From Camelus ferus (lineage: Eukaryota): a DNA stretch of 64,000 bases. Numbering within the stretch: the stretch's first letter is position 1; the number at the start of each line of letters is the position of its first letter. The stretch spans positions 19,904,001 to 19,968,000 of the forward strand of contig NC_045697.1 in assembly GCF_009834535.1 (NCBI RefSeq), in the 5' to 3' direction. Both the position numbers and the translations under genes were made by a program. Shown piece after piece: positions 26,863-38,312 of the stretch. Under the pieces are notes generated by a model. The model saw only the letters and a list, made by a program, of their open reading frames with translations, did not search any database and was not told where the DNA came from.

Positions 26863-27004
26863 TGTTTCACTTATTGAGAAAGCATTTGTTGAATTAAGAT
26901 ATAAACTCAAATAAAGTAATTTTTTTTCATTGAGTAGCCTACAGTCTAGAAGAAGAGAAATGCATAATGAGAAATATGCACAGGATGCTGTGAAGCTTAC
27001 TGCC

Positions 27005-27524
27005 CAATATAGAGGCTGAAAATGCCAGATACCCACTTGCCCAGCCTTCTCTGATTTTATGACAGAGTCATATTAACCACCCTGGTCAGTGATCCTGGAT
27101 AAAATGGCTACTGAGGGACTACTGAAAATATTTTTCTCTCAAACAAAACAAAATATGAAAGCTTATATAATGTTATAAACCAACTTTAGGTCAATATAAA
27201 TGAGTAAGTAATTAAATAACAAAACAGTAAATGCTCCTCTTCTTTGCCCAGTTGCTACAGAATGTGTATAAGATACCAGGAGCTGGGACAACCATCATCT
27301 TCCTGATGGATCACATCTAAGAACTGAGGCAAAGTACTACTGAGTAGAGCTGGAGGATAAGATGGCAAGAGCCAGGTCATTTATTACCATCACTAAGCGC
27401 TTGAACCAACCCAGGAACACCTGCCCCAGGGTTCCTGTTATGTGATTAAATACATTTTAGCCATTTTGAGTCAGTTTTGGTTGGGTATTTGATTACTGCA
27501 GGCAAAGCCATCTGAACTGGCACA
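27005..27524 (+). mobile_element. ERVL-MaLR solo LTR (old MLT1J/K-like)
   Basis: GGAGCTGGGACAACCATC..AAGAGCCAGGTCATTT..TTGGTTGGGTATTTGATTACTGCAGGCAAAGCCATCTGAACTGGCACA terminus. Confidence 0.65.
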
Positions 27525-29147
27525 TTTTCCCTGTCTTCATACTGTCATCTATGGTATACTTCCTCTTAATATTTAATTATTTGTGGAGGGAACCTTAGGA
27601 TACAAATTACAGTGTAAAAATGTGATTTTTCCTTATCTATAGTACAATAAATTTAAAAAAATGTATAGATTGAAAAGAATTCTGTTACATTTACACACTA
27701 AATTATCCTTTTTACTATACTCGGTGGAAATCATGTGCTTTCATGTTATAGCTATTAACTTAAAATTTAAGCTTCACTAATAAGCCTGAAGTAGATAAAG
27801 CACAAAATTAAGTTCCTGATTTTATTTCAGATCCCATAGCTCATTGAATATTGCAGTAAATGCTGTTGTGTTTACTGTATTGGGTGGAAATTATTCTGTT
27901 TCTTAGGGGATGAAACACATAAGGTACTGGTCCCAAATTTTATTAATTATCCCCTTGTTTATAATGATAAATTTCAAGAAGTCTATACTATGAATCTGAG
28001 CCCTAGTTAATCCTCTTCTAAATATTTGAGAATATTCCAGTTCTTTTAATTGGTGTGCTTGACAGCCTATTAGCTTGATTTATCTGAATTTTAATCACAG
28101 GCTTCATATTAATTTTATAGCTCTGGGTAGGCTTCTAGATGCCTGCATTTTCACTTGTAAATTCAAGCAATAAAAGCACCTACAGAGAACCAGGCACTTA
28201 TTATCCAACATATTTGGCCTATAAAAACGTAAAAAATACAGTCCCTTCCCTCACATAATCTGCCATGTTGGCTATAGGTAATCAAGGAACCAAAATATGA
28301 TGAATTAAAATACAGTGTGGTAAGTTAATTTGATGAAACACATGAGAGAAAAAAATCATTCCTTTGGGTTTAGTAAAGGGTTAAAAGGTAGTATATATTT
28401 GACCTGATTCTTAAATAGTAAATAAGATTTCACTGGGCATAGTACTTACAGCCAGGGAAGCAGTATATGTAGATGCATATGGAAGTGACAGGACTGAAAA
28501 TTTTAAGAAAAATATGATTTTATTATGACACAGTATAGAGTACTTGAGAAAATATGGGAGAGAGAAATTCAGGACACATTAAGAAGGACTGGCTTGTCAA
28601 GGAGTTTGATCTTTATTCTGGAAGTAATCGGGACCATATAGAAAAATTGTTGTTTAGAGTTGGGGAGAGGGTTTTGGTGTTGATTTTATCTGTATTTTAT
28701 TAAAAAAAAAAACAAGTTAGACAGAATATCCACATGTGACCCACTGACATATTCTAAGCGGGAGAAAATAAGGGATTTAATTGCAGCAGGATTGTTTTAC
28801 TGGGAGAAGAGACTAAAACTAAGTTTGCAATAGTAAAAAATATTAAAAGTCTTATTCCAGACCTATTAAGGGGCTAAAATCAGCAAGATTCATTAAAAAA
28901 AAAAGTTATGAGTTGTATAATTAGGGAAAGTTTAAGCTGCTGTAACAAAGAGACTCCAAAATATAGAGAAGTAAATAAGTTTATTTCTCAGACATGTTAT
29001 ATTCAGGCTAGACTTCTGAAAAGTCTTCCTGACATTAAATATTTCAACTTCAAAAGAAGACGATATTTGACTTTTCACACATGAATATTATGAATAATGT
29101 AAGGTGCAGGTTATAGTAAAAATAAAGGATTTGAAAGTGCTTATGTC

Positions 29148-29314
29148 GGGGAGGGTGTAGCTCAGTGGTAGAGTTCATGCCTAGTATGCATGAGGTCCTG
29201 GGTTCAATTCTTAGTACCTCCTTTAAAAATAAATAAATAAACCTAGTCACCTGCTCCCCCAGCCCCGACTAAGTAAAAATCAATAAATAAAATGGAGAAA
29301 GAGATATTTTTTAA
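29148..29314 (+). mobile_element. tRNA-derived SINE, camelid Vic-1-like
   Basis: GGGGAGGGTGTAGCTCAGTGGTAGAG..GAGGTCCTGGGTTCAATTC head and A-rich tail. TSD AAAGTGCTTATGTC (29134-29147) / AAAGTGCATATGTC (29315-29328). Confidence 0.92.
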
Positions 29315-29330
29315 AAAGTGCATATGTCTT

Positions 29331-30024
29331 ACCACTGCATACCTTTTAGGATGGCTTTTATTAAAAAAAATGGAAAAGAACAAGTGTTGGCCAGGATGTA
29401 GAGAAATTAGTAATTTTGTGCATTGTTGATGGGAATGTAGAATGGTGCAGCTGCTGAGAAAAACAGTTTGCTTGTTACTCTAAAAGTTAAAAATAGAATT
29501 ACTGTACAATCCAGTAATTCCATCCTTCTTGTCTGGATGTGGGCAAAATAATTGAAAGTGGAGACTCAAACAGATACTTGTACATCAGTGTTTATAGCAG
29601 CATTATTCACACTAGTCAAAGGGTGAAAATAACCCAAATGTCCTTCAACAGGTGAATGAGCAAAACGTGGTAGATACATACAGAAGTAGATTATCCAGCC
29701 TTATGAACCTTATGAATGACATTGTGACTCATGCTACAACATGGACGAACCTTGAAAACGTGTTTAGTGAAATAAGTCAGCTACAAAAGGTCAAATGTTA
29801 CATGAGTCAACTTACATGAGGCACTTAGAATAGGCAAATTCATAGATCCAGAAGGTAGAATGAATGTTACCAGGGACTGCAGGAAGGAGCAATGTGGAGT
29901 TATTTATTAATGGAGAGTAGTGATGGCGATACGACATTGTGAATTTGTATAACATCATTGAATCGTGCACCTAAAAACACTTAAAATGGTAAATCTTATG
30001 TGTATTTTGCCATAACAAAAAATT
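29331..30024 (+). mobile_element. 5'-truncated L1 (L1MB-like) ORF2 end and 3' UTR
   Basis: AACAAGTGTTGGCCAGGATGTAGAGAAATT..CATGCTACAACATGGACGAACCTTGAAAAC..CACTTAAAATGGTAAAT..TATTTTGCCATAACAAAAAA. TSD 29314-29330 / 30025-30041. Confidence 0.9.
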
Positions 30025-30161
30025 AACAGTGCATATATCTTTTTAAAAATAAAATGAATATAGTAATCTATCATTATAAATTGGTTAAAATACCTGAATG
30101 GCATCCATCATATAAGACGACTTAAAATTTTCCTGATTTAATGATAAAACACATTATATAC

Positions 30162-30316
30162 TTTTTTTAAATTGACATATAGCCCACTGACAATGTTGTG
30201 TTAATTTCTGGTGTACAACATAATAGTTCAGTCATACATATACATATATTCGTTTTCATATTCTTTTTCATTATAGGTTACTACAAGATATTGAATATAG
30301 TTCCCTGTGCTATACA
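30162..30316 (-). mobile_element. 5'-truncated younger L1 3' end
   Basis: Poly-T then AATTGACATATAG..TTTCTGGTGTACAACATAATAG..ACAAGATATTGAATATAGTTCCCTGTGCTATACA. Confidence 0.85.
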
Positions 30317-31614
30317 TTTTATTTATAGATCTTTGTACTAAAATTAGGATTTAAATACATAAACATTTCCTTAGAACTGTCTAAATATAAATTATACAAT
30401 TTACCTACAGTATTTTTCAATAAATCATTAATGATTTTGATGAGATGAAAACATTTTTCAAGACATTTTAATATCTTACTATACTTACTTTTAAATTTCT
30501 GTCATGGCCTGTAGTGTTTCCCTCTCAGTATTAATTATTCTGGTGTAATAAAATGTTGGAAGTTTTAACACTATGAAATAACTTCCAGTCTAGTCCTTTT
30601 GATATATTTTTATCATTTGCATCACCCTGTCTGTTCAGGGTTACATCACAACTGGTCATTGAGTGCCTGGAAAAATGCCTCATCCCCACAGTTCTCTTGT
30701 CTGGATGGTTCTGGGGATTGCTGTGTCAGATAAACCATCTTCTGCTTTTGAGTGCCATCCCCATAAAGGGTTATAATCACAGAGAGGAGCAAACATGATA
30801 AAGTATTCTAACTGAAAGGCTTTTGAAGGGGAAGCCCTGAGGTGGTCTGTTATCAGGACCAATGAGAGTAATAAATGATGTACAAAACTAGAGCAGAAAA
30901 ACTATTGGCTGAGAATTGTCATAAGACAGAAACATACCAGTTGGGATACCCAACTGGAAGTCTGTAGCAGGAGGAAATCAGAGCTGTCAGAAGTGGTCAC
31001 CAAGGTCAGTACACATTGAGCAGCAGGGGTAGTGATCTAGTGATGGAGGGTAAATCACGTGATGGCTCAGCTCTCTTCTCAAGACTGGGATGCGGGAAGG
31101 AGGTGACAGATCCTTTTTTTGGCCTAATAAGTTCGCTTTGCTGGTGGGAGAGCCGGATCCAGCACTCCAGACAGCAGTATGGCGACAAATAGCAAGGGCC
31201 ATAAATTCAGTTCTTGGAATACCATGCTCAGGAATTTATTCCAAGAAAATAATGATTTGAGACAAGGTACATCAAATCTTTGTCAAAAATTTTGTTCACG
31301 TCAGAATTCTTAATAAAAGGGAAAGAAAGTGGAAAACAAGAAAGTATTTTAGTAAGTTTTGGAACATCAGCAAAATTGGGCTGTTACTTAAGTAAAAGCA
31401 TCATCATGGAAACCATGTAGAAACACAGAAAATGTTTGACATCACATTAAGTGCGTAAAAGTATATAAAAATGGCATTTAACATACATGCTGGTAAGTTG
31501 CTAAGAATTGGATATTATATGAAACTAAAAAATTAAAAGGTATCTGGAAGTGGTGGGATATCTTTACAAATATCTTTCATGTCACTAAACATATATGTGG
31601 GCATAGATAAGTGT

Positions 31615-31616
<2 letters not shown>

Positions 31617-31646
<30 letters not shown>
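31617..31646. repeat. (GT)15 microsatellite
   Basis: Perfect dinucleotide run seen directly. Confidence 0.95.
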
Positions 31647-31649
<3 letters not shown>

Positions 31650-33329
31650 CCCAAAATTATTTGCTAATAAAGTTCACACTCACAAGTGCAATAGTCAGCT
31701 TTTTATATGATTTAGAATTAGGATCCCTCATTTTTAAACTTTCTATATCTACCATAAACAATCAGCCTAATTAACTGCAATGGAAAGGATTTTCTTAAAA
31801 ATAGATGAGTAGTTCACAACAATTATTGCTGACATGGCCCCAGGTGGAGCAGACCAGGTTATGGCCTTGGATCAAATGATAGGAAAATAGATTCCCCTGT
31901 TCTGTGGCCAGGCCCTATGTAATATATTCTAGACAATTTTCCCTCCCGATGAATGGGAGCATCTGAGGAAAAAGACATCTCTAGTTTTTAGTCATCAGTC
32001 TTCCATGAAGCTTCTCAAATGAAAAAGAAAGTACGTAGCTAAATTGCTAACATTACCAGAAAATGTCACTTTTAATTGGATGGGAATCAGGCGGCCAGGT
32101 GTGACAAGGAGGAAGGGGTTATCATGAGCTAATAGTTTGACAGAAATGCAGCCTCATGCTTCTAATCCCTCCAGTGTTACCTCGTGATTACCAAGCACCC
32201 TGCTTAGATATGCCTTGTTAGTTTCTCTTTTGGATATCTTCATTCTTAGGAAAACCATACTTCTGTGGGCTAGAACATGATGATGTTAGCAGTTTAAAAT
32301 ATGAGCAGCTGCTTCAGCCGAACTGGTAGTTCACAAAAATTGATCTACCCTTTACATTAATCTGTACACCAATCAGAATGTTTCTTTAATCCAAGGAGTT
32401 TTATAATGCAGTCTAAATCATTCTGGTCCAGGTGCCTTGCGCTGCTTAAAGAAAAAAATAATGAGAAAATTTAATCTGAAGATTATTAAGTATTTTAGGC
32501 TGGTGCTGACTGGTTTCGCCTAGCAACTGTAGAACATACTGAGCAAATCTAACAAACGGCAACTCTTCCTTTCTGTCACCGCTGATCAAATAATTAGGAG
32601 AGAGTAAGCGTACTTGCTGATGGCAATAAAGGCGACGATGATAAGACACAGGATTTTTAAGGAGACAAAAAGTGGTTTGAGATAACAGCTTGTGGCTACT
32701 GCCATTTTTAGGACGATGATTAGCTGAATAGCATTCACGAAATCATAAGATGATGTGGCGGTGTTACAGGTGCACAGTTACAGAAACTGAAGAAACACCA
32801 CATAGGCAAGGAATAAATGAACTCAGTTAAATAATCTATTGCCAAAGAATTGTTATTGGTCAGGTTTACAGGAAAAAAAAGTCAAAGAGCTTAAAATTTC
32901 ACCAGATAGCTGATAATGTTACAGGCTTACACATCTTATTTCCATAAGATTATGCCAGAGGCTGTGTGTGCTGGGTCAGATTTCAAAGCCTGATACAAAT
33001 GATGCCTTTATAAAATGAGTGGAGGAAAAGACTTGGGTCTGAAAAGAAAAAAAATTACACTGGATACCCAGAACCAATCCTCCAATACTGTTCTATATTG
33101 TAAACATTAAAAAATAGTGAAAGAGTTTGTCTTTGAAAATAAAAATTGAGTCTTCTCTGCTTTCAGCTTCGAAGTGTAACTGGTTAACAGATTGTCCATT
33201 GCAATTGTAAATTCTTTAAAATAAGGAAAATGTCTGTCAGACCATAATGTTGAAGTGTTGAACAGTAGACAGAGCTGACTGTGATCCTTAGAAACTGGGG
33301 AACACAAAAAGTGAGCTCTGTGATCCTGC

Positions 33330-34120
33330 CCACAGTGTCCACAGATGTCTGCCCTGGAGCACATTTCCAACAAGGAACATAGAGTTGGATCCCAAGCAGG
33401 CCACTGGTTTCAGTGAGCTGCGAGGGCAGAGATAAGAACTGAGCTGCTGGAATAGCCAGAATTTGTGGGACAGGGTAACGGAAGACAGGGAGCTACACAG
33501 AGAGTAGAGGACAGGAGTTTGTGTGCATGTTCACCTTGGGTTCTTGGCTAATCCAAAGAGATACATGCTCAGATGCTGAGGGCTTGGCAGGGGTCATCTG
33601 TTGCAGAAAATATGCAACGTTGGGAAACACTGAAGTGGTTACAGTACAAGCAGAATGAAGAGACTGAACTAAGCACCTCAGGCATTCAGCTGAGACTGTA
33701 GAGGAACCTTGCCTTAGAGATAAGGAAATGAATCTAGAGTTAGAGCCCACCCTAGTACTAAATTCAAACCCAAAGTGGACCTTAACTAACTGAGAATAAA
33801 ACAGCCTGGCCACACCCAAAGTTACCATCTCTCAGTGACATGTCTGCCAGAACAAAGCTCCAATACCTTAAGGAAGAGGACATAACTCACCTATGATATG
33901 CAACATATAGTAGAAAACGATTAGACATGCTCAGAATATTATCTATACTTCATATACCTTAATATTGCTTATATATGAAAGAGAATTTAATAAACACAGC
34001 CATCATGATGCCTGAAATTTTATAAGCAGTAAAGGACCTTAAAGCAGATATTGTAAAAGGGTTCAAAGACTTAAAGGAAAATATGTCAAAAATGGATGAA
34101 CATGTGGGGAATTTCAGGTA
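33330..34120 (+). mobile_element. old L1 5' region / ORF1 start
   Basis: CAGAACAAAGCTCCAATAC, AAAACGATTAGACATGC, AAGGACCTTAAAGCAGATATTGTAAAAGGGTTCAAAGACTTAAAGGAAAATATG..GGGAATTTCAG. Confidence 0.5.
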
Positions 34121-34189
34121 AATTCTACCTCTTGAGGGGGAAAAAATAATTTGCAGACACTTTAATATGACATAGACTATATGTAGTAT

Positions 34190-34800
34190 GCCATTTTTTT
34201 CCTTTCTGCTTTTATTATTTTTCCCTTAACTTTGATTTTCAGTAGTTTTACCATCATGTGCCAGGTGTATTTTTCTCTCTACTTATCCTGTCATTAATTT
34301 TTGACCCTGTTCTTGTAATCTTATTTTGTTTATTCCTTCTTTATTCTTTTTTCTCTGTCTCTAAACACTCTTAGGCTAGTCTCTTGACCCCCATTGTTCT
34401 AAAATTGTATATGCCCTGATTTGGGTCTTTTCAGGTTGTAGTCCTGGCACTTGCTGGGCGCTTTCAGTCTATAAATGCATGGGTTTTGGTTCAATATGTG
34501 TATGTGTGTGTGTGTGTGTATAATTATTTATTGCCCTCTATTTTTCTTTTTCTCATTTTGTAACTCATATTCAGGTTCTGTAACATCTAGGCAGATTCTA
34601 TATTTTCAAATTCTCTTTCTCTGTCTCTGTGTATGTATGTGTGTATATGTGTGTGTGTGTGTATATGTATGTATATGGTGTTTCCAGTTTTCTTTCTTAT
34701 CTTCAAAGTCAATTTCCAACATTCTACTGATTTTTAAATTCATACTAACATTTTATTTTCAAAGCATATTTTTCTTCTCTGAATATTTCTTTTCAGAGAT
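34190..34800 (-). mobile_element. old L1/HAL1-like fragment containing TG-rich microsatellites
   Basis: TTGATTTTCAGTAGTTTTACCATCATGTGCCAGGTGTA and GGCACTTGCTGGGCGCTTTCAGTCTATAAAT. TG runs at ~34498-34520 and ~34628-34675. Confidence 0.4.
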
Positions 34801-35370
34801 CTCTCTCTCTCTCTCTTTTTTTTTTTTTTTATAGATGAACTTGACTGTGAGGTTAAAATGTGCCATATATTGCAGGATCCTCTGATATGTAATATCTTTA
34901 ACACTTTCTTTGGGACTGGTTTTACCGACCAGATAAAATTCTTCCAGTGTCTTCCCTGCAGGGCAAACTAGGCTACCCAGCCTGCTGAAACCAAGTGGTA
35001 GAAATGGAGCAGATAAAAGCTCTTATTGTTTTCTGCTTTCAGAAAATTGCTACTACTTTCACCTACTCCTGGTGTTCCCCACTCCAAATTCCTGCTGACC
35101 TGCCCCCCACCAAGGTAGTAATCTTTAGGTTTTTTGCCCCACGGGTGGTGAGAAGACAGTGGCCAGGCTGCGTTGGATGCCAGAGTCCGAGATGGGGTCT
35201 GCCTCTTGCATAGACTGTCAGGCAGTGCTCCTCATGCTTCCAGCGCACACCACGTTTTAGAATTACTTGTCGTTGCCAGTTGCTGAACCCTTCTGCCACT
35301 CCCAGGTCTAAAGTGGGCTATTTCTGTGCTTCTTCCACTGTTAGGTTTAATTTCATAAGTGGACTTCCAG

Positions 35371-35568
35371 CAGGAGATGGCAAACTACAGCCTTCCACCT
35401 GTTCTGATAAAAGTTTTATTTGAACATAGCTTTATTTACTCATTTTTATATGATCTATGACTGCTTTCACACTACAGTGGCAAAGCTGAGTAGTTATGAC
35501 AGACTATTGTCCATCGACCAAGCATATTTACTATATCTGACTGTACGGAAAGTATTTGCCAACCCTTG
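35371..35568. mobile_element. hAT-Charlie MITE, MER58A-like
   Basis: TIRs CAGGAGATGGCAAAC / TTTGCCAACCCTTG. Internal TATGACTGCTTTCACACTACAGTGGCAAAGCTGAGTAGTTATGACAGA. Confidence 0.85.
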
Positions 35569-36359
35569 GTCTAGAGTATTTTTTACTGTTTACTACTTAC
35601 ACATCTGTTTTACAGGCTCCAAAATTTCATTTCTGTTGTTTCCTCTCGCCTGCCATTTGTGTCCTTGTGGGTTTATTTTTGTTAATTCTTTACATATTTG
35701 TTCAGATTTCAGGTTGAAATGGAGTTAACCACGAAGGTGTGGTCAGCCAGTGGTAACTGAAGGCTCCTCTTCTGTGTCATCACCACCTAAGCTGCTTGAC
35801 CAGGACATTTTGACCTAAGAAAGCAGTCTGTTCCAAGGTAAATCCACAGAGGGTTCCCATACCCTTTTTATCTTTCCTGTTTTTATAATATTAAATATCT
35901 GTTAATCTCTTAGGCATTTAAGTTTTTCATGCTACCCTAGATTTTACCAGTCGTAAAGGAAAGCAGTGTGAATCCATATAAGAAGTTGCTGATGCTAATT
36001 TAATTGTATGCACTTTCATCCAGAAAACGTGTATGAAGTACCAAGTATGTGGTGGTATTGTGTTCAAAGCTTAAAACACTTAACATGGCAATAATAATAA
36101 TAATAAAGTTCATGTTCACTGCTCTTAAAAATGTAGCCTAGTAAAGGATATAGAAATTAAAAAACATTTCAAATCAATACAATGAGCTGTTGTAGAGGTA
36201 AGAACAGCTGATACAGGCAGATTTGCAGGTGATAGTCATAGGAAGCTTTATTTTGATGGATAAGTAGAGTTTTGACAATTAGAACATGAAAGATACTTCT
36301 CCCAAAAGATAAATATGTATTTAAAGAATCAAGTCAGTCTTAAAGAAGTAGAGCATAAA

Positions 36360-36530
36360 GTTCCACAGCTATTCAGCTATGTGACCTCTGGTAAGTTATT
36401 GAGCCTCCATCTGTAAGATGGAGATCCTACTCTCCTCATAGGTTTCCTGTAATGATTATATGAAATGATGCACTTGACTTTTAACAGAATCCCTGGCATG
36501 TAATAAATGCTCAGCAAAAGGTAATTAGTC
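36360..36530 (+). mobile_element. MIR
   Basis: AGCTATGTGACCTCTGGTAAGTTA..CATCTGTAAGATGGAGAT..CCTGGCATGTAATAAATGCTCAG. Confidence 0.7.
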
Positions 36531-37864
36531 CTGTTAGTGTACATACTTATTTTGTTTTATAAAGAGGGGTTAACTTTTGAGTCAAAAGAATAAATCTATG
36601 GTACTATTTCAAACACAGTGGTAGCTAATGATGAGAGAGATTTTGGCAAGGAGTAACCTTCCAATTATCCTTCAGATTACAGAATGTAGACAGTTAATTA
36701 CTTTATCCCCAACAGCTATGAGTGGGCCTGATAAGGGATTGTTCACAACTGGACATTCTTGGTTTAGAATCAGGATCACCTGAATTCATGTTCATCCAAA
36801 TTATTTTCACCACTTCCGTAAATATCAGTAATCCAGCTGCTTATAATTCATAGCTGTTTCTTCTAGACAGATCTTATCTAGCAACCTGGGTAGCTTTACC
36901 TGAAGGAAAATATATCAATATATCTTCCCAAGCTATTATTACAACTTACATTTTCTTTTCATTTTGTTTGGGTTTTATTTTGAAAGGAAAAACCTTAACA
37001 CTATCATACAGAATTGATTGTTAAAAATTTGCAACATTTATTGATCTAAGTAGATCTGAATTTAAAGCAAAAAAGGTGACATAACTTGGCACACTGTTGA
37101 TTTACATTTTTTTTCATATTCTATCTCATTACCCATTTCCCATTTACAAATACAGACATTGTGACTGAAGATCTGGCATACTTGTCGAATTTAGACTAAT
37201 GTGTTGTTTAGAACTATGATATCCCAAGTTAATAAAGACAGTAAGTGAGTGGATCTATTTGGGTCTCTAGTAATCTATTGGAAGCGCGCACGAGTGATTT
37301 TTAGGACCCACAGAAGCAATCGGCAAGCTTGTGTGATTGCAGTGTTTCTATTTTTGCACTTTAGGTGTCCATTTCGTATATAAGCTTGAATTATGCTTTG
37401 TAATGTAACCCCTGACCTAAATATTTGTAGAAATTTTTTAGCGTCCCCTCTGTAAGGTCTTAGAATTGCACAGTTTGATAATTTCCTTTGCTGAATTCTG
37501 GTGACAAATGCTTTTCTAAGCCTCTTAATCTCTCTGAATGTGGAACAGCATTTTCCCATATTGAGGAAGAAATTGCTGTCCATTTTGTATAAGAGAAGTT
37601 TTAAGCCAATGGAAAGGCTCCAAACTGAGCAGATATTTAAAGAGACTTAGTGTCAGTCATTGGAATGGAAACCATTGAAGGAAAACGTTCTTTTGGCTTC
37701 CGTAAATGTCATATTGGGAGCAGACTCTAGGGCTGCATGCAGCAGCACCAGCCTTTGAGGATAAAAAGGGACCAGGAAGGCACAGGATTGGAGCTGGAGA
37801 AACAGGCAGTTTCAGAGGCTGGTCCTTAGGAGAGCAGCTTGGCAGCCCAAAGCAGGGCGCTGAT

Positions 37865-38312
37865 GAGCTTGGCAAACTCATACTCAGCAGTGTACTCAAG
37901 GGAAAGACAGAGGTCATGTCCATTCAGCATTTACGATGTAGCCTCAAGGAAGTCTGGGTGGTGACTGAAACGACATAAAGCTGTAGATTTATTTGTTTGA
38001 AATACTCACTTTCTTTAGAACTCTCATCACCTCCGGAGGCTGTGTTTCTGCTTAGAGTTGGGAACATTGATCTTGCTAATTCAGGGTAACTTAGTTCAAT
38101 GCAACGCATTTTTTTTTTCCACTTAAAAATTTGTGATTTATATTCAGCCGTAGTCCAATTTAAATTTTCACCACCCAGTTTCCTCTACCTTTGGGTGGAC
38201 TCTACTGTAACAAAAAGAGCTTGGCAAATGTGTGCTTGGCAGTATACTCAAGGGTAAGAGGTCACGTACACTCATTGTTTATGACAGCCTCAAGGAAGTC
38301 CCTTGAGTGACT
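37865..38312 (+). repeat. diverged direct repeat of ~100 bp (37865-37966 and 38217-38312)
   Basis: Shared blocks in the same order: GAGCTTGGCAAA, GCAGT.TACTCAAGGG, AGAGGTCA, AGCCTCAAGGAAGTC, GTGACT. Confidence 0.9.

Noticed and set aside
37860..37930. Hammerhead-ribozyme-like CTGATGA..CTTG/CAAG..GAAA..GTC arrangement
   Set aside because: The G10.1-C11.1 pair is absent, there is no U opposite A15.1 before a cleavage nucleotide, no stem I forms, and the duplicated copy lacks the core.
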